From positions 320,001-384,000 of the forward strand of contig CAXXJV010000001.1 of assembly GCA_963663475.2 (NCBI GenBank): a DNA stretch of 64,000 bases. The letters run 5' to 3'. The position numbers were made by a program, and so were the translations under genes. How positions within the stretch are numbered: the first letter of the stretch is position 1; every line of letters begins with the position of its first letter. The notes beneath the pieces are model-generated. The model was not told where the DNA came from, searched no databases, and saw only the letters and a list, made by a program, of their open reading frames with translations. Source of the stretch: Candidatus Cloacimonadales bacterium. Lineage in GTDB: Bacteria > Cloacimonadota > Cloacimonadia > Cloacimonadales > JAFGVF01. Of this stretch, positions 31,394 to 39,611 are shown piece by piece.

Positions 31394-32145
31394 TAGCGTA
31401 TCTCCACTTCCTCAGCATCTTCCCCATAGATTTCTTTAAATTTTCCTTCATCAATATCATTTGGGTTACCTGAGAATTTTATTTTCCCATCTTTAAGGGC
31501 CAGAACTCTGGAACCATACTTTCTAGCTAGACTTAAGAAATGTAAGGAACAGACAACAGTAATTCCATCTTCTTTATTAAGAGTACCTAAATAGTTCATT
31601 ACTGAGTCAGCAGTTGCAGGATCAAGACTTGCTACAGGTTCATCAGCTAGAATAAGTTTAGGTTTTTGCATTAAAGCCCGAGCAATAGCAACTCTTTGTT
31701 GCTGTCCACCACTTAGGTTTCTAACTTTCCTATAAGCAAAATCTTGGAGTCCTACCCTTTTAAGATTCTGCATAGCTAATTCTTTCTCTTCTTTAGTCCA
31801 AGGCGAGAAAATGCCATGCTTAGACAGATTACCTGTTAAAACATTAGTTAAAACAGTAAGATTCTTTACAAGGTTAAACTGCTGAAAAATCATAGCAATA
31901 TCAGAACGGTTCTTTCTTAAGGAAGTTGAATTTGCCTTAGTAACATCATGTCCCAGAAAGTTAATCTGACCTGATGTTGGTTGGATTAATCTGTTTATAC
32001 ACCTTAAGAGGGTTGATTTCCCAGAGCCAGACAGTCCTAAAAGAATCAAGAATTCACCCTCTTTGATTTCTAAATCAATATCTTTAAGGGCATGAGTTGA
32101 TTCATCATAGAACTTGTTTAATTTGTTTATTTCTATTATACTCAT
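31393..32145 (-). CDS. phnC: Phosphonate ABC ATP-binding protein
   Basis: [47 protein letters not shown]. Confidence 0.93.
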   Translation of the reverse strand: MSIIEINKLNKFYDESTHALKDIDLEIKEGEFLILLGLSGSGKSTLLRCINRLIQPTSGQINFLGHDVTKANSTSLRKNRSDIAMIFQQFNLVKNLTVLTNVLTGNLSKHGIFSPWTKEEKELAMQNLKRVGLQDFAYRKVRNLSGGQQQRVAIARALMQKPKLILADEPVASLDPATADSVMNYLGTLNKEDGITVVCSLHFLSLARKYGSRVLALKDGKIKFSGNPNDIDEGKFKEIYGEDAEEVEIR

Positions 32146-32149
32146 TTTT

Positions 32150-33043
32150 TTAATCTAATTTGGCTGTATCAATTAAATCCAACTTTTTCTTGATATTTTC
32201 ATAAGCTGAATCATCAACTCTTTTCAAATCATCAATATCATAAAGTTCTTTGAAAGCTTTTTTACCAAGCTCACTATCCTTAAACTCTGTAATTGCAGCA
32301 ATCATCTTATCTGCTATCTCTTGAGGTAACTCTTTTCTAAAAGTGCAATTATCATTAGGAATCCAGTCTGTAAATCCAATAATCTTAACCTTCTCAAATA
32401 TCTCAGGCTCTTCTGTAAGAAGTTTCTTTCTTGCATCTTGAGGAATACCATCAACTGCTGGAGACCAATAAGAACAACCTACATCAGCTTTACCCTGCAA
32501 GACAGCTCTAATTACTGTATCATGTCCACCTAAAAAGACTTTCTTGCCTGGTTCAATCTTTTCATAAGCTAAAAGAGCTGAAGGAAAGATATAACCAGAG
32601 GTGGAAGAGGCATCAGAATAAGCAATAGTTTTACCTGCTATATCTTCAATAGATTTAATATCAGAATCAGCACGAGCTACAAATTGTCCTTTATATTCAG
32701 AAAGACCACTTCTAACAGTTTGGAAGGTAACATAAGCACCATATTTCTTATTTGCTAAGTAGTAAGCATAGGTAGGAAACCAAGCAATATCAGCTCTCCC
32801 CACTCCCATTGCTTCAATAACAGCAGCATAGGAGGTAGGAACATTTGTTTCAATTTCTAAACCACTAATTCTTTCTAATTCTTCTTCAATAAGTGTACCT
32901 GAAGAAATTAGTTTGTTATGTTCTAAAGATGGGACAAAATACATCTTAACTGGGTTTTTCTTTGAACCTAAGGGAGCTTTTCCACAAGCCAAGGTTAAAG
33001 CTAAAATTATAATAATACAAGTAATTTTAAAAATTCTATACAT
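32150..33043 (-). CDS. phnD: Phosphonate/phosphate-ester ABC substrate-binding lipoprotein
   Basis: Lipobox LTLAC; SYAAVIEAM, DASSTSGYIFP, GGHD, IPND motifs. Confidence 0.9.
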   Translation of the reverse strand: MYRIFKITCIIIILALTLACGKAPLGSKKNPVKMYFVPSLEHNKLISSGTLIEEELERISGLEIETNVPTSYAAVIEAMGVGRADIAWFPTYAYYLANKKYGAYVTFQTVRSGLSEYKGQFVARADSDIKSIEDIAGKTIAYSDASSTSGYIFPSALLAYEKIEPGKKVFLGGHDTVIRAVLQGKADVGCSYWSPAVDGIPQDARKKLLTEEPEIFEKVKIIGFTDWIPNDNCTFRKELPQEIADKMIAAITEFKDSELGKKAFKELYDIDDLKRVDDSAYENIKKKLDLIDTAKLD

Positions 33044-33055
33044 AGTTTACTCCTT

Positions 33056-33739
33056 TTATAATATACTTTTAAGATCTAACAAAGACCTTATATCATAGTC
33101 AGCCTTTGTATCGGATATTTTATCCTTAGGATTATACCAGCAGGTAGTAATCCCATAGTTAATGCCACCTTTAATATCTGAATTTATACTGTCTCCTATA
33201 ATCATAACTTTTTCTTTATCTTCAATAGCATTTTTCTGGAAAAGAGTATGGAAGAAGTTTTCATGAGGTTTTTGGTATCCTATTTCCTGGGAAATACCAA
33301 TAAACGAGAAGTAGTCATGCATTTGACTAGCCTTCAATCTTGGATATTGTACATCAGGCAAACCATTACTTGCCAGAATTAAATTGTAGCCTTTATTACG
33401 TAGGTAATCTAATATTTCATAAGAACCAGGTAAAGGAAAAGCATTTTGAGATAGGAACCTAGCATATTGACTAGCACAATCTTCAGGATCAATATCCTTC
33501 TTACCTATCTGGGTCATAAATTCTCTATGACGCTGGATTTTAAGCTCTTCTAGACTTATTCTCCCTTCTTCAAACTTATGCCAAAAGCCATTGTTTATCG
33601 TCTTGTATCTATACTGTAAGGACTGAAAATCACCTTGAATGTGATAAAAATCAAAGAGTTCTGAAAGAGCATTAGTCTCTGCTAAATCGTAATCTAATAA
33701 TGTGTTATCTAAATCAAAAATTATATGTTCATACTTCAT
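33056..33739 (-). CDS. YjjG-family HAD nucleotidase
   Basis: IFDLDNTLLD, SNG, KP, IGDSINSDIKGG. Confidence 0.92.
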   Translation of the reverse strand: MKYEHIIFDLDNTLLDYDLAETNALSELFDFYHIQGDFQSLQYRYKTINNGFWHKFEEGRISLEELKIQRHREFMTQIGKKDIDPEDCASQYARFLSQNAFPLPGSYEILDYLRNKGYNLILASNGLPDVQYPRLKASQMHDYFSFIGISQEIGYQKPHENFFHTLFQKNAIEDKEKVMIIGDSINSDIKGGINYGITTCWYNPKDKISDTKADYDIRSLLDLKSIL

Positions 33740-33763
33740 TTACTACCCTTTGTTAACTGTTTA

Positions 33764-33839
33764 ACCAGATTTGCGCAGTAGAACTTTGATAAAGAATACT
33801 AGATTCTGCTATTCGCAAAGGTCTGCTGCATTATTTGGC
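33764..33839. mobile_element. MITE-B, short degenerate copy
   Basis: CCAGATTTGCGCAGTAGAACTTT ... AAAGGTCTGCTGCATTATTTGG resembles both MITE-B ends. Confidence 0.7.
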
Positions 33840-33892
33840 TTTAATAATGTTTTTACATTTTTTTCTATCTTTCACTTCTAGCAAGAAAAAGT

Positions 33893-35158
33893 CTATTCCA
33901 TAACCCAATCTTCAAACATTGGAGAAATAATAACTATATTCCTAGCAAGTTCTTTTTTTATAGAATCACTGTCAAAATTGTCAAGTGTTAATCCTTGGCT
34001 ATTAAAAATATCTTTTGAGAATAGAGGTATTTGCTTTTCTCTTAACTTAATCTGTCCTTTGATATCAGAGAAAGTAAGCAAACCACATACCGTAACTGTT
34101 TCTCCCATGAAATTATTTTTTACTAGCTGAACTTCAGCTTTATAGGGAGAGATTAGCCCCTCAAGCTCTTCAGCAATTTGCTTAATATACTTCTGAGCTG
34201 AATAACCAGTAACAAATAAAAGATCCTCCTTAACTTCTGTTAAAATAAAATTAGCAAAAGACTCTTTTTCATACTGCCAGTTATCCAAGAGCATTCTCAC
34301 CATGCCAATACCATTTTCAATTTCATCAAAAGAACCATAATATTCTGCTTGTGGTATTGCTTTATCTGCCTTTATGTAAAACTCGTCAGAAGCATAAATA
34401 TAAGGGAAGTCCTCCCTATATTTATCAATAATTCTGATAACCTCTCCGGCTTGCTCTTGGCTAAATAGTGGTAATTCTTTTAACCCTTGTCGGTGCTTTG
34501 TTAACCCAACAGGAACTACCCCTACTCCTAAAGTAGCTAGGTCAGGACTAGACAAATCGGCTAAAGATTTTTCTAATTCTCTCCCATCATTAAGTCCTGG
34601 TACTAATACCAATTGAGTATGATAATCAATCCCATTATCAGCCAATTTTTTGAGAATAGCCATAATATCAAAATCTTGCTTATACCTCATCATCTCTTTT
34701 CTTAATCTTGAGTTTGTTGAATGAACTGAAATATAAAGAGGACTTATCTTCATTTGAATTATCTTATCTAGCTTTTGCGGACTCATATTTGTTAAAGTAA
34801 CATAGTTGCCATAAATAAAGGAGTAAGAATAATCATCATCCTTTACATAAAGAGTCTGCCTCATTCCCTTGGGCATCTGATCAATAAAACAGAATATGCA
34901 ATTATTCACACATTCACGACAATGATGGTCTTCTATTTCTATACCTAATGTTTCCTCATAAGTCTTACTTCCCTGTAAGATCAATCTCTTATTATCCCTC
35001 ATAAGTTCTATTTTCAATTGAGCTTCTGCTCCAAAAAAATTTAAATCAAGAAAGTCCTCAACAAATACATCATTTATTTTGAGAATTAAGTCATTCCTTT
35101 TGATTCCTATCTCATCAGCAAAACTCTGTAATTCAACTTCTTTTACAATTATAGCCAT
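33893..35158 (-). CDS. DUF512 PDZ/radical-SAM-like Fe-S protein
   Basis: CVNNCIFCFIDQMPKGMRQTLYVKDDD, GNYVTLTN, VVPVGLTK, SDEFY, ENGIGM. Confidence 0.92.
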   Translation of the reverse strand: MAIIVKEVELQSFADEIGIKRNDLILKINDVFVEDFLDLNFFGAEAQLKIELMRDNKRLILQGSKTYEETLGIEIEDHHCRECVNNCIFCFIDQMPKGMRQTLYVKDDDYSYSFIYGNYVTLTNMSPQKLDKIIQMKISPLYISVHSTNSRLRKEMMRYKQDFDIMAILKKLADNGIDYHTQLVLVPGLNDGRELEKSLADLSSPDLATLGVGVVPVGLTKHRQGLKELPLFSQEQAGEVIRIIDKYREDFPYIYASDEFYIKADKAIPQAEYYGSFDEIENGIGMVRMLLDNWQYEKESFANFILTEVKEDLLFVTGYSAQKYIKQIAEELEGLISPYKAEVQLVKNNFMGETVTVCGLLTFSDIKGQIKLREKQIPLFSKDIFNSQGLTLDNFDSDSIKKELARNIVIISPMFEDWVME

Positions 35159-35257
35159 CTATTCCTCTATTTCTTTATAAGCTCTTCAATTAAGCAACTT
35201 GTTATAGTATTTTTTCAAATCAAGTATTATTACTTTTGATTATCATTTTCTCTTAAT

Positions 35258-35345
35258 CCCTATAATACTGTAGACTTTTTGGAGAGAGTGTAAATCCATC
35301 AAAAGAATATTAAGCTTTTCACAAAAGTCTACTCCATTATTTGGC
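35258..35345. mobile_element. MITE-B, short degenerate copy
   Basis: CCCTATAATACTGTAGACTTTT ... AAAAGTCTACTCCATTATTTGG. Confidence 0.55.
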
Positions 35346-35455
35346 TTGATAATTATCAATTTTCTGAGTAAATGATAAATGTCCAGTTTTTTTAATTGCA
35401 TTTTTTCCAGATGCACTTATTATATATTTATAAAAATTATAAATAGGAGGAAAAT

Positions 35456-35836
35456 ATGACAAAATTAAGAGAAATCTATCACTGCCCAATCTGTGGAAAC
35501 GTTGTTGAATTAGTATATCCAGGACAACCAGCTCTAGTCTGCTGTAACGAGCCAATGAAATTATTAGAAGGTAAAACTGCTGATATGGCTACTGAAAAAC
35601 ACGTTCCAGTAATTGAAGAAAAAGACGGCGGTGTCTTAGTTAAAGTGGGTTCTACAACTCACCCAATGACTGACGAACATCATATTGCCTTTATTGAAGT
35701 ATTAACAAAAGACATGGTTTATCGTGCTGAACTTTCACATACCCAAGCACCTGAAGCCTTCTTCAATGTTAAAAAAGATGATATTATTGAGGCAAGAGAA
35801 TATTGTAATTTACATGGTCTTTGGAAAACAAGTTAA
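35456..35836 (+). CDS. dfx: Desulfoferrodoxin (2Fe superoxide reductase)
   Basis: CPICGN...CC desulforedoxin centre; EKHVP, HPM...HHI, YCNLHGLW. Confidence 0.96.
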   Translation: MTKLREIYHCPICGNVVELVYPGQPALVCCNEPMKLLEGKTADMATEKHVPVIEEKDGGVLVKVGSTTHPMTDEHHIAFIEVLTKDMVYRAELSHTQAPEAFFNVKKDDIIEAREYCNLHGLWKTS

Positions 35837-35866
35837 TTTCAAAAAAAAATAGAGAGGTATTAAAAA

Positions 35867-36457
35867 ATGTCTTTAAAAGGAACTAAAACTGCTGAAAATT
35901 TAATGAAAGCATTTGCTGGTGAATCACAAGCTAAAAACAGATATGAATTTGCTGCTAAAACAGCTAAAAAAGAAGGATTTGAACAAATCTCAGCTATTTT
36001 CTTAGAAACAGCTTTAAACGAACAAGAACATGCAAAAATCTTCTTTAAACATCTTGTTAATAATGGTGTTGAAGGTGATGCAATTGAAATCACAGCCAGC
36101 TATCCTGCTGCTTGGGCTCAAAAAGATACTTTAAAAAATCTAGAGTATGCTGCTGATGGAGAAAATGAAGAGTGGACAGACCTCTATCCTGAATTTGCTA
36201 AAATTGCTGATGAAGAAGGCTTCCCACAAATAGCTGCTTCTTTCCGTGTTATTGCTAAAATTGAAAAGCATCACGAAGAAAGATATAGAATGCTCCATGA
36301 AAGAGTTAAAGCTCATGAAGTATTCAAAAAAGATGGTAAAGTTTATTGGAAATGTAGAAAATGTGGATACTTACATGAAAGCTTAGAAGCTCCTTCTATC
36401 TGCCCATCATGCTCTCATCCACAAGGATATTTTGAATTATTGTGCGAAAAATATTAA
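35867..36457 (+). CDS. rbr: Rubrerythrin
   Basis: [25 protein letters not shown]-terminal CRKCG...CPSCSHP. Confidence 0.97.
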   Translation: MSLKGTKTAENLMKAFAGESQAKNRYEFAAKTAKKEGFEQISAIFLETALNEQEHAKIFFKHLVNNGVEGDAIEITASYPAAWAQKDTLKNLEYAADGENEEWTDLYPEFAKIADEEGFPQIAASFRVIAKIEKHHEERYRMLHERVKAHEVFKKDGKVYWKCRKCGYLHESLEAPSICPSCSHPQGYFELLCEKY

Positions 36458-36475
36458 TTTAAAAAGGGGATCTGA

Positions 36476-36616
36476 ATGGAAAAGTATCAATGTTTAGTGT
36501 GTGGATATATCTACAATCCGGCCGAGAATAATAATGTATCTTTTGAAGACCTACCAGAAGACTGGGTTTGCCCAGAATGTGGAGTAGGAAAAGATATGTT
36601 TGAAGTAATTGACTAA
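36476..36616 (+). CDS. Rubredoxin (46 aa, absent from the supplied ORF track)
   Basis: Translated by hand: [55 protein letters not shown]. Confidence 0.96.
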   Translation: MEKYQCLVCGYIYNPAENNNVSFEDLPEDWVCPECGVGKDMFEVID

Positions 36617-36705
36617 AAACTTATTATGAGTTAAGGATTGATTAGGATTTAGCATTTACTTTTCCATAAAGTTGCTGATATTTCCTTGTCAATTTAGGAG
36701 TACTA

Positions 36706-37158
36706 ATGACAAAATCTGAGTTTGATAAAGTAATTGAATTCGCTATTTTAAGAGAACAAGATGCTGTAGATTTTTATCATGAATTGCAAAATCATGCTAA
36801 GTTTGCAGACCAAAAACAAATGCTGATTGATTTCGAAAATATGGAAAAAGGTCATATAGCCATTCTTAAAAATATCCATAAGAAAGGTTTAGACTTTTTA
36901 GATCCTAATAAACCTTCTAACATGCAAACTAGTGATTACATGTTAGCTGATTATGATCAAGATAATCTGAGCTACGATAAAATCTTAGTAATTGCTATGA
37001 AAAGAGAAGAGTACTCTTATAAGTTATATAAAGATTTAGCAACTAAGTTCCCTGATACTGAAGTAGCTACTCTCTTTAATAACTTAGCTGCTGAAGAGAT
37101 TAAACATAAAAATCAATTCGCTGACATGTATGATAAACATGTTTTAAAAGATAATTAA
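36706..37158 (+). CDS. Ferritin-like (rubrerythrin-domain) protein
   Basis: Two AIxREE/ExxH repeats (AILREQDAVDFY...EKGH; AMKREE...EEIKH). Confidence 0.9.
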   Translation: MTKSEFDKVIEFAILREQDAVDFYHELQNHAKFADQKQMLIDFENMEKGHIAILKNIHKKGLDFLDPNKPSNMQTSDYMLADYDQDNLSYDKILVIAMKREEYSYKLYKDLATKFPDTEVATLFNNLAAEEIKHKNQFADMYDKHVLKDN

Positions 37159-37181
37159 TTTAACCTGATCGTAATTATATA

Positions 37182-37215
37182 GAGCATAGCCTATTATTTT
37201 AGGCTATGCTTTTTT
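37182..37215 (+). terminator. Intrinsic terminator of the oxidative-stress cluster
   Basis: AGCATAGCCTA...TAGGCTATGCTTTTTT. Confidence 0.85.
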
Positions 37216-37239
37216 ACTTTTTAGTAAACAGTTAAAAAA

Positions 37240-37625
37240 GGCTCTTGTTCAAGTCTGGTGGGGATAATCCCAGATAGTGTAGTAGAGCTTTAGTGAAGAG
37301 TGCAGATTATTCTAGCAAAATAGCTTACAGAATTTTGACGCATATATTTTATATATTCGGAGAAATTATGGAAGCTACTTTTGCAGAAGAATATAGTGCT
37401 ATTCACAAAGGTCTACTGCATTATTTGGGATAATATAGGTAAATGAGAATATTTCATTACAATATTGATTCATCAAAAATCCCTGAAAGATAAGATGCTG
37501 ACTTGTGAAGGCGTAGCTTTAGCGAAGATTCAAAGTATCGCAAGCCTGGGTAATGATGGCTAGCCCAAAGATATTACCCTGTAAGGGTTTAATAAAACGA
37601 TAAATAATGTATTATTATAATAAGT
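37240..37625 (+). mobile_element. MITE-A, truncated copy with nested insertions
   Basis: Starts GGCTCTTGTTCAAGTCTGGTGG; interrupted by MITE-B at 37269-37429 and by a ~31-bp insert near 37501-37531. Confidence 0.85.
37269..37429. mobile_element. MITE-B, 161 bp, nested in MITE-A
   Basis: IR CCCAGATAGTGTAGTAGAGCTTT / AAAGGTCTACTGCATTATTTGGG; ATAAT duplicated on both sides, single in uninterrupted MITE-A. Confidence 0.9.
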
Positions 37626-38489
37626 TTATTGCACTCTTCTACCTAGTCTAAGTCCTAACTTAAAACTCATATAATATTGGACTTTTTCAAACTCATCTTC
37701 TCCTACAATTTGGTTCTCAACACCACCACCAACAGAAGAATATACAGGACCGAGCTTTAGAGTGTACAACAACTCTGCACCTATCGCCTGAAGGTGTTTC
37801 TCGCGTGAAATACCAGAAATAGATTTATTTCTTTCTGTATGGGCTGAAGAATGATAAATTGCCACAGTTGGGTAACTGGTCCTCTTATGTAAATCATTCT
37901 GAGTCCCTAGGAGAATTGCTGCTCTAGTTTCTAAAGAATGTGCATCATATTTAGCAGCCTGTCCTATGCTATCGAACAAATTTCGGGAAAGACTCATAAA
38001 CATCGAAACTCTAAGGGGTTTCTCAGGATTACTAAGTAACCTCTTGTATCCTATTTTAAAACCAGTAAGTTTTGTTCTGCATTGAAATTTTTTTGTTGTA
38101 GTATCATCTCCTGAGGAATAAGAATAAGTATTTGTTCCTCCTTCAGATCCTGCAAGTAAACCTAAGGATAATTCATCAAGATCTGTCAGCCCTAACCTGA
38201 GTGTATAATCATTGTAAATATAAGAACTTGAAGTATTTGAGCCAGTTGCAGAGATTTCTGTGTCATCTTCATCCCAAACTTCATATTCAGTAACATAAAT
38301 CTTATCTAACGTTCTGATCTTTTTAAAAGACACTTCAATCCCAAAAGATCCCCTTTCAATTGGTAAAGCTTCTTCTCCTAAACCTATAGTTCTTGAAACA
38401 GAAGAACTTGATTGATCAACTATACTACAACCACTGAAAATTATTATTCCCAATCCTATTAATACTAAATACATACAAAGCTTTTTCAT
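37626..38489 (-). CDS. Hypothetical lipoprotein, possibly outer-membrane beta-barrel-like
   Basis: Lipobox FSGC; alternating hydrophobic beta-strand pattern at the C-terminus. Confidence 0.65.
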   Translation of the reverse strand: MKKLCMYLVLIGLGIIIFSGCSIVDQSSSSVSRTIGLGEEALPIERGSFGIEVSFKKIRTLDKIYVTEYEVWDEDDTEISATGSNTSSSYIYNDYTLRLGLTDLDELSLGLLAGSEGGTNTYSYSSGDDTTTKKFQCRTKLTGFKIGYKRLLSNPEKPLRVSMFMSLSRNLFDSIGQAAKYDAHSLETRAAILLGTQNDLHKRTSYPTVAIYHSSAHTERNKSISGISREKHLQAIGAELLYTLKLGPVYSSVGGGVENQIVGEDEFEKVQYYMSFKLGLRLGRRVQ

Positions 38490-38685
38490 ATTATCCCCTT
38501 TTTAGCTTACCATTTTTTTATATCTGTTTCTCTTTTTATATATTTTACCACTAATGTCAAGCTTTATTGTTAACTTATTTTATCCTAGTATCTGAGACAA
38601 TTCATGAATTTATGAATTTATGGGTTTATCAACAACATGCTTATCAAGTTAGTTTTTTATTCTTGACCTTATTCATCCCCTACTC

Positions 38686-38762
38686 ATCCCTTACCCTTCC
38701 TTTACACTCTTTCGATGAAAGTCCAGGTTTCATCGAAAGAGTGTAAAGGAAGGGTAAGGGAT
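38686..38762. repeat. Perfect 35-bp-stem hairpin (copy 2 of 2)
   Basis: ATCCCTTACCCTTCCTTTACACTCTTTCGATGAAA, loop GTCCAGG, then the exact reverse complement. Confidence 0.95.
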
Positions 38763-38894
38763 CAATAAGGAAAATTTGAGACATTTCTTAGATTTTTTTG
38801 CTAAATAGGACCATTTTGAAAAAAATGGACCCTTAAAGATTATGAGGGCTTGTTAAAAAACTTCAAGAAAATCTAAGAAAAGGAGGATAAAGCA

Positions 38895-39611
38895 ATGGTT
38901 GTTATTGAATTTAAAATACCACACGGATTAAAAGCCAAAGCTAGAAGAGAGGGATATTCTCTAGTAAAATATTCAAAACAGCCCTTTTATCACCTCCGAA
39001 AAAAAAATTCTCCTAAAATAGGGAAAAATCATCATAAGTTCCGCAATACCATGCAAGAACTAAAAATATCTTATAGAAAGCTTAATGATGCTGAAAAGCT
39101 AGCACTGAAAGAAAGGAGAAAAAAGGAAGGAAGTACTAAGTCAGACTGGATTCAATTTGTCAGAGAATATTATAGAGGGATTAGTCGTCAAGCTCTTAAA
39201 GAAAAAAGACAAGTAAAAGCTCAAAACAAGAAAGATCAAGTTAACAAGCCACAAAAAGGAATTGAAAGTAAGAATTTAAGAGAAATGAAGAGTGACGAGA
39301 CTTGCTCACGGAGTAGCGACTTCCGACAAATCAACTTATATTCGTCCGAAGTCCCTTGCCTAGGGCTGAGGAAGTCTGGTCTCCAACCCTTATTGACGGG
39401 AGTTGCTCACGTAGTAGCGACTTCCGACAGCTTATATTCGTCCGAAGTCCCTTGCCTACGGCTGAGGAACTCCGGTCTCAAACAACTCAGCGACTTCCGA
39501 CACTCTTCACCCGAAGTCCCTTGCCTAGGGCTGAGGAAGTCTGGTCTCCAACTCACTATTTCATCAACACTATTTTGTGAGTTTGAGATTTTCCCTCAAC
39601 TTCAAGCCTAA
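38895..39611 (+). CDS. Hypothetical very basic protein; ~130 unique aa, with a C-terminal part read through repeat DNA
   Basis: Strong RBS AGGAGG; Lys/Arg-rich; from ~39285 the ORF translates the repeat units. Confidence 0.65.
   Translation: MVVIEFKIPHGLKAKARREGYSLVKYSKQPFYHLRKKNSPKIGKNHHKFRNTMQELKISYRKLNDAEKLALKERRKKEGSTKSDWIQFVREYYRGISRQALKEKRQVKAQNKKDQVNKPQKGIESKNLREMKSDETCSRSSDFRQINLYSSEVPCLGLRKSGLQPLLTGVAHVVATSDSLYSSEVPCLRLRNSGLKQLSDFRHSSPEVPCLGLRKSGLQLTISSTLFCEFEIFPQLQA
39285..39552. repeat. REP/REPIN-like hairpin units, family C (two full, one partial)
   Basis: Unit TGACGrGAsTTGCTCACGkAGTAGCGACTTCCGAC-variable loop-GTCCGAAGTCCCTTGCCTAsGGCTGAGGAAsTCyGGTCTC; arms are imperfect inverted repeats. 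Confidence 0.88.

Noticed and set aside
38686-38890. Retron msr/msd
   Set aside because: No reverse transcriptase nearby, and the long hairpin lies outside the 13-bp IR pair.
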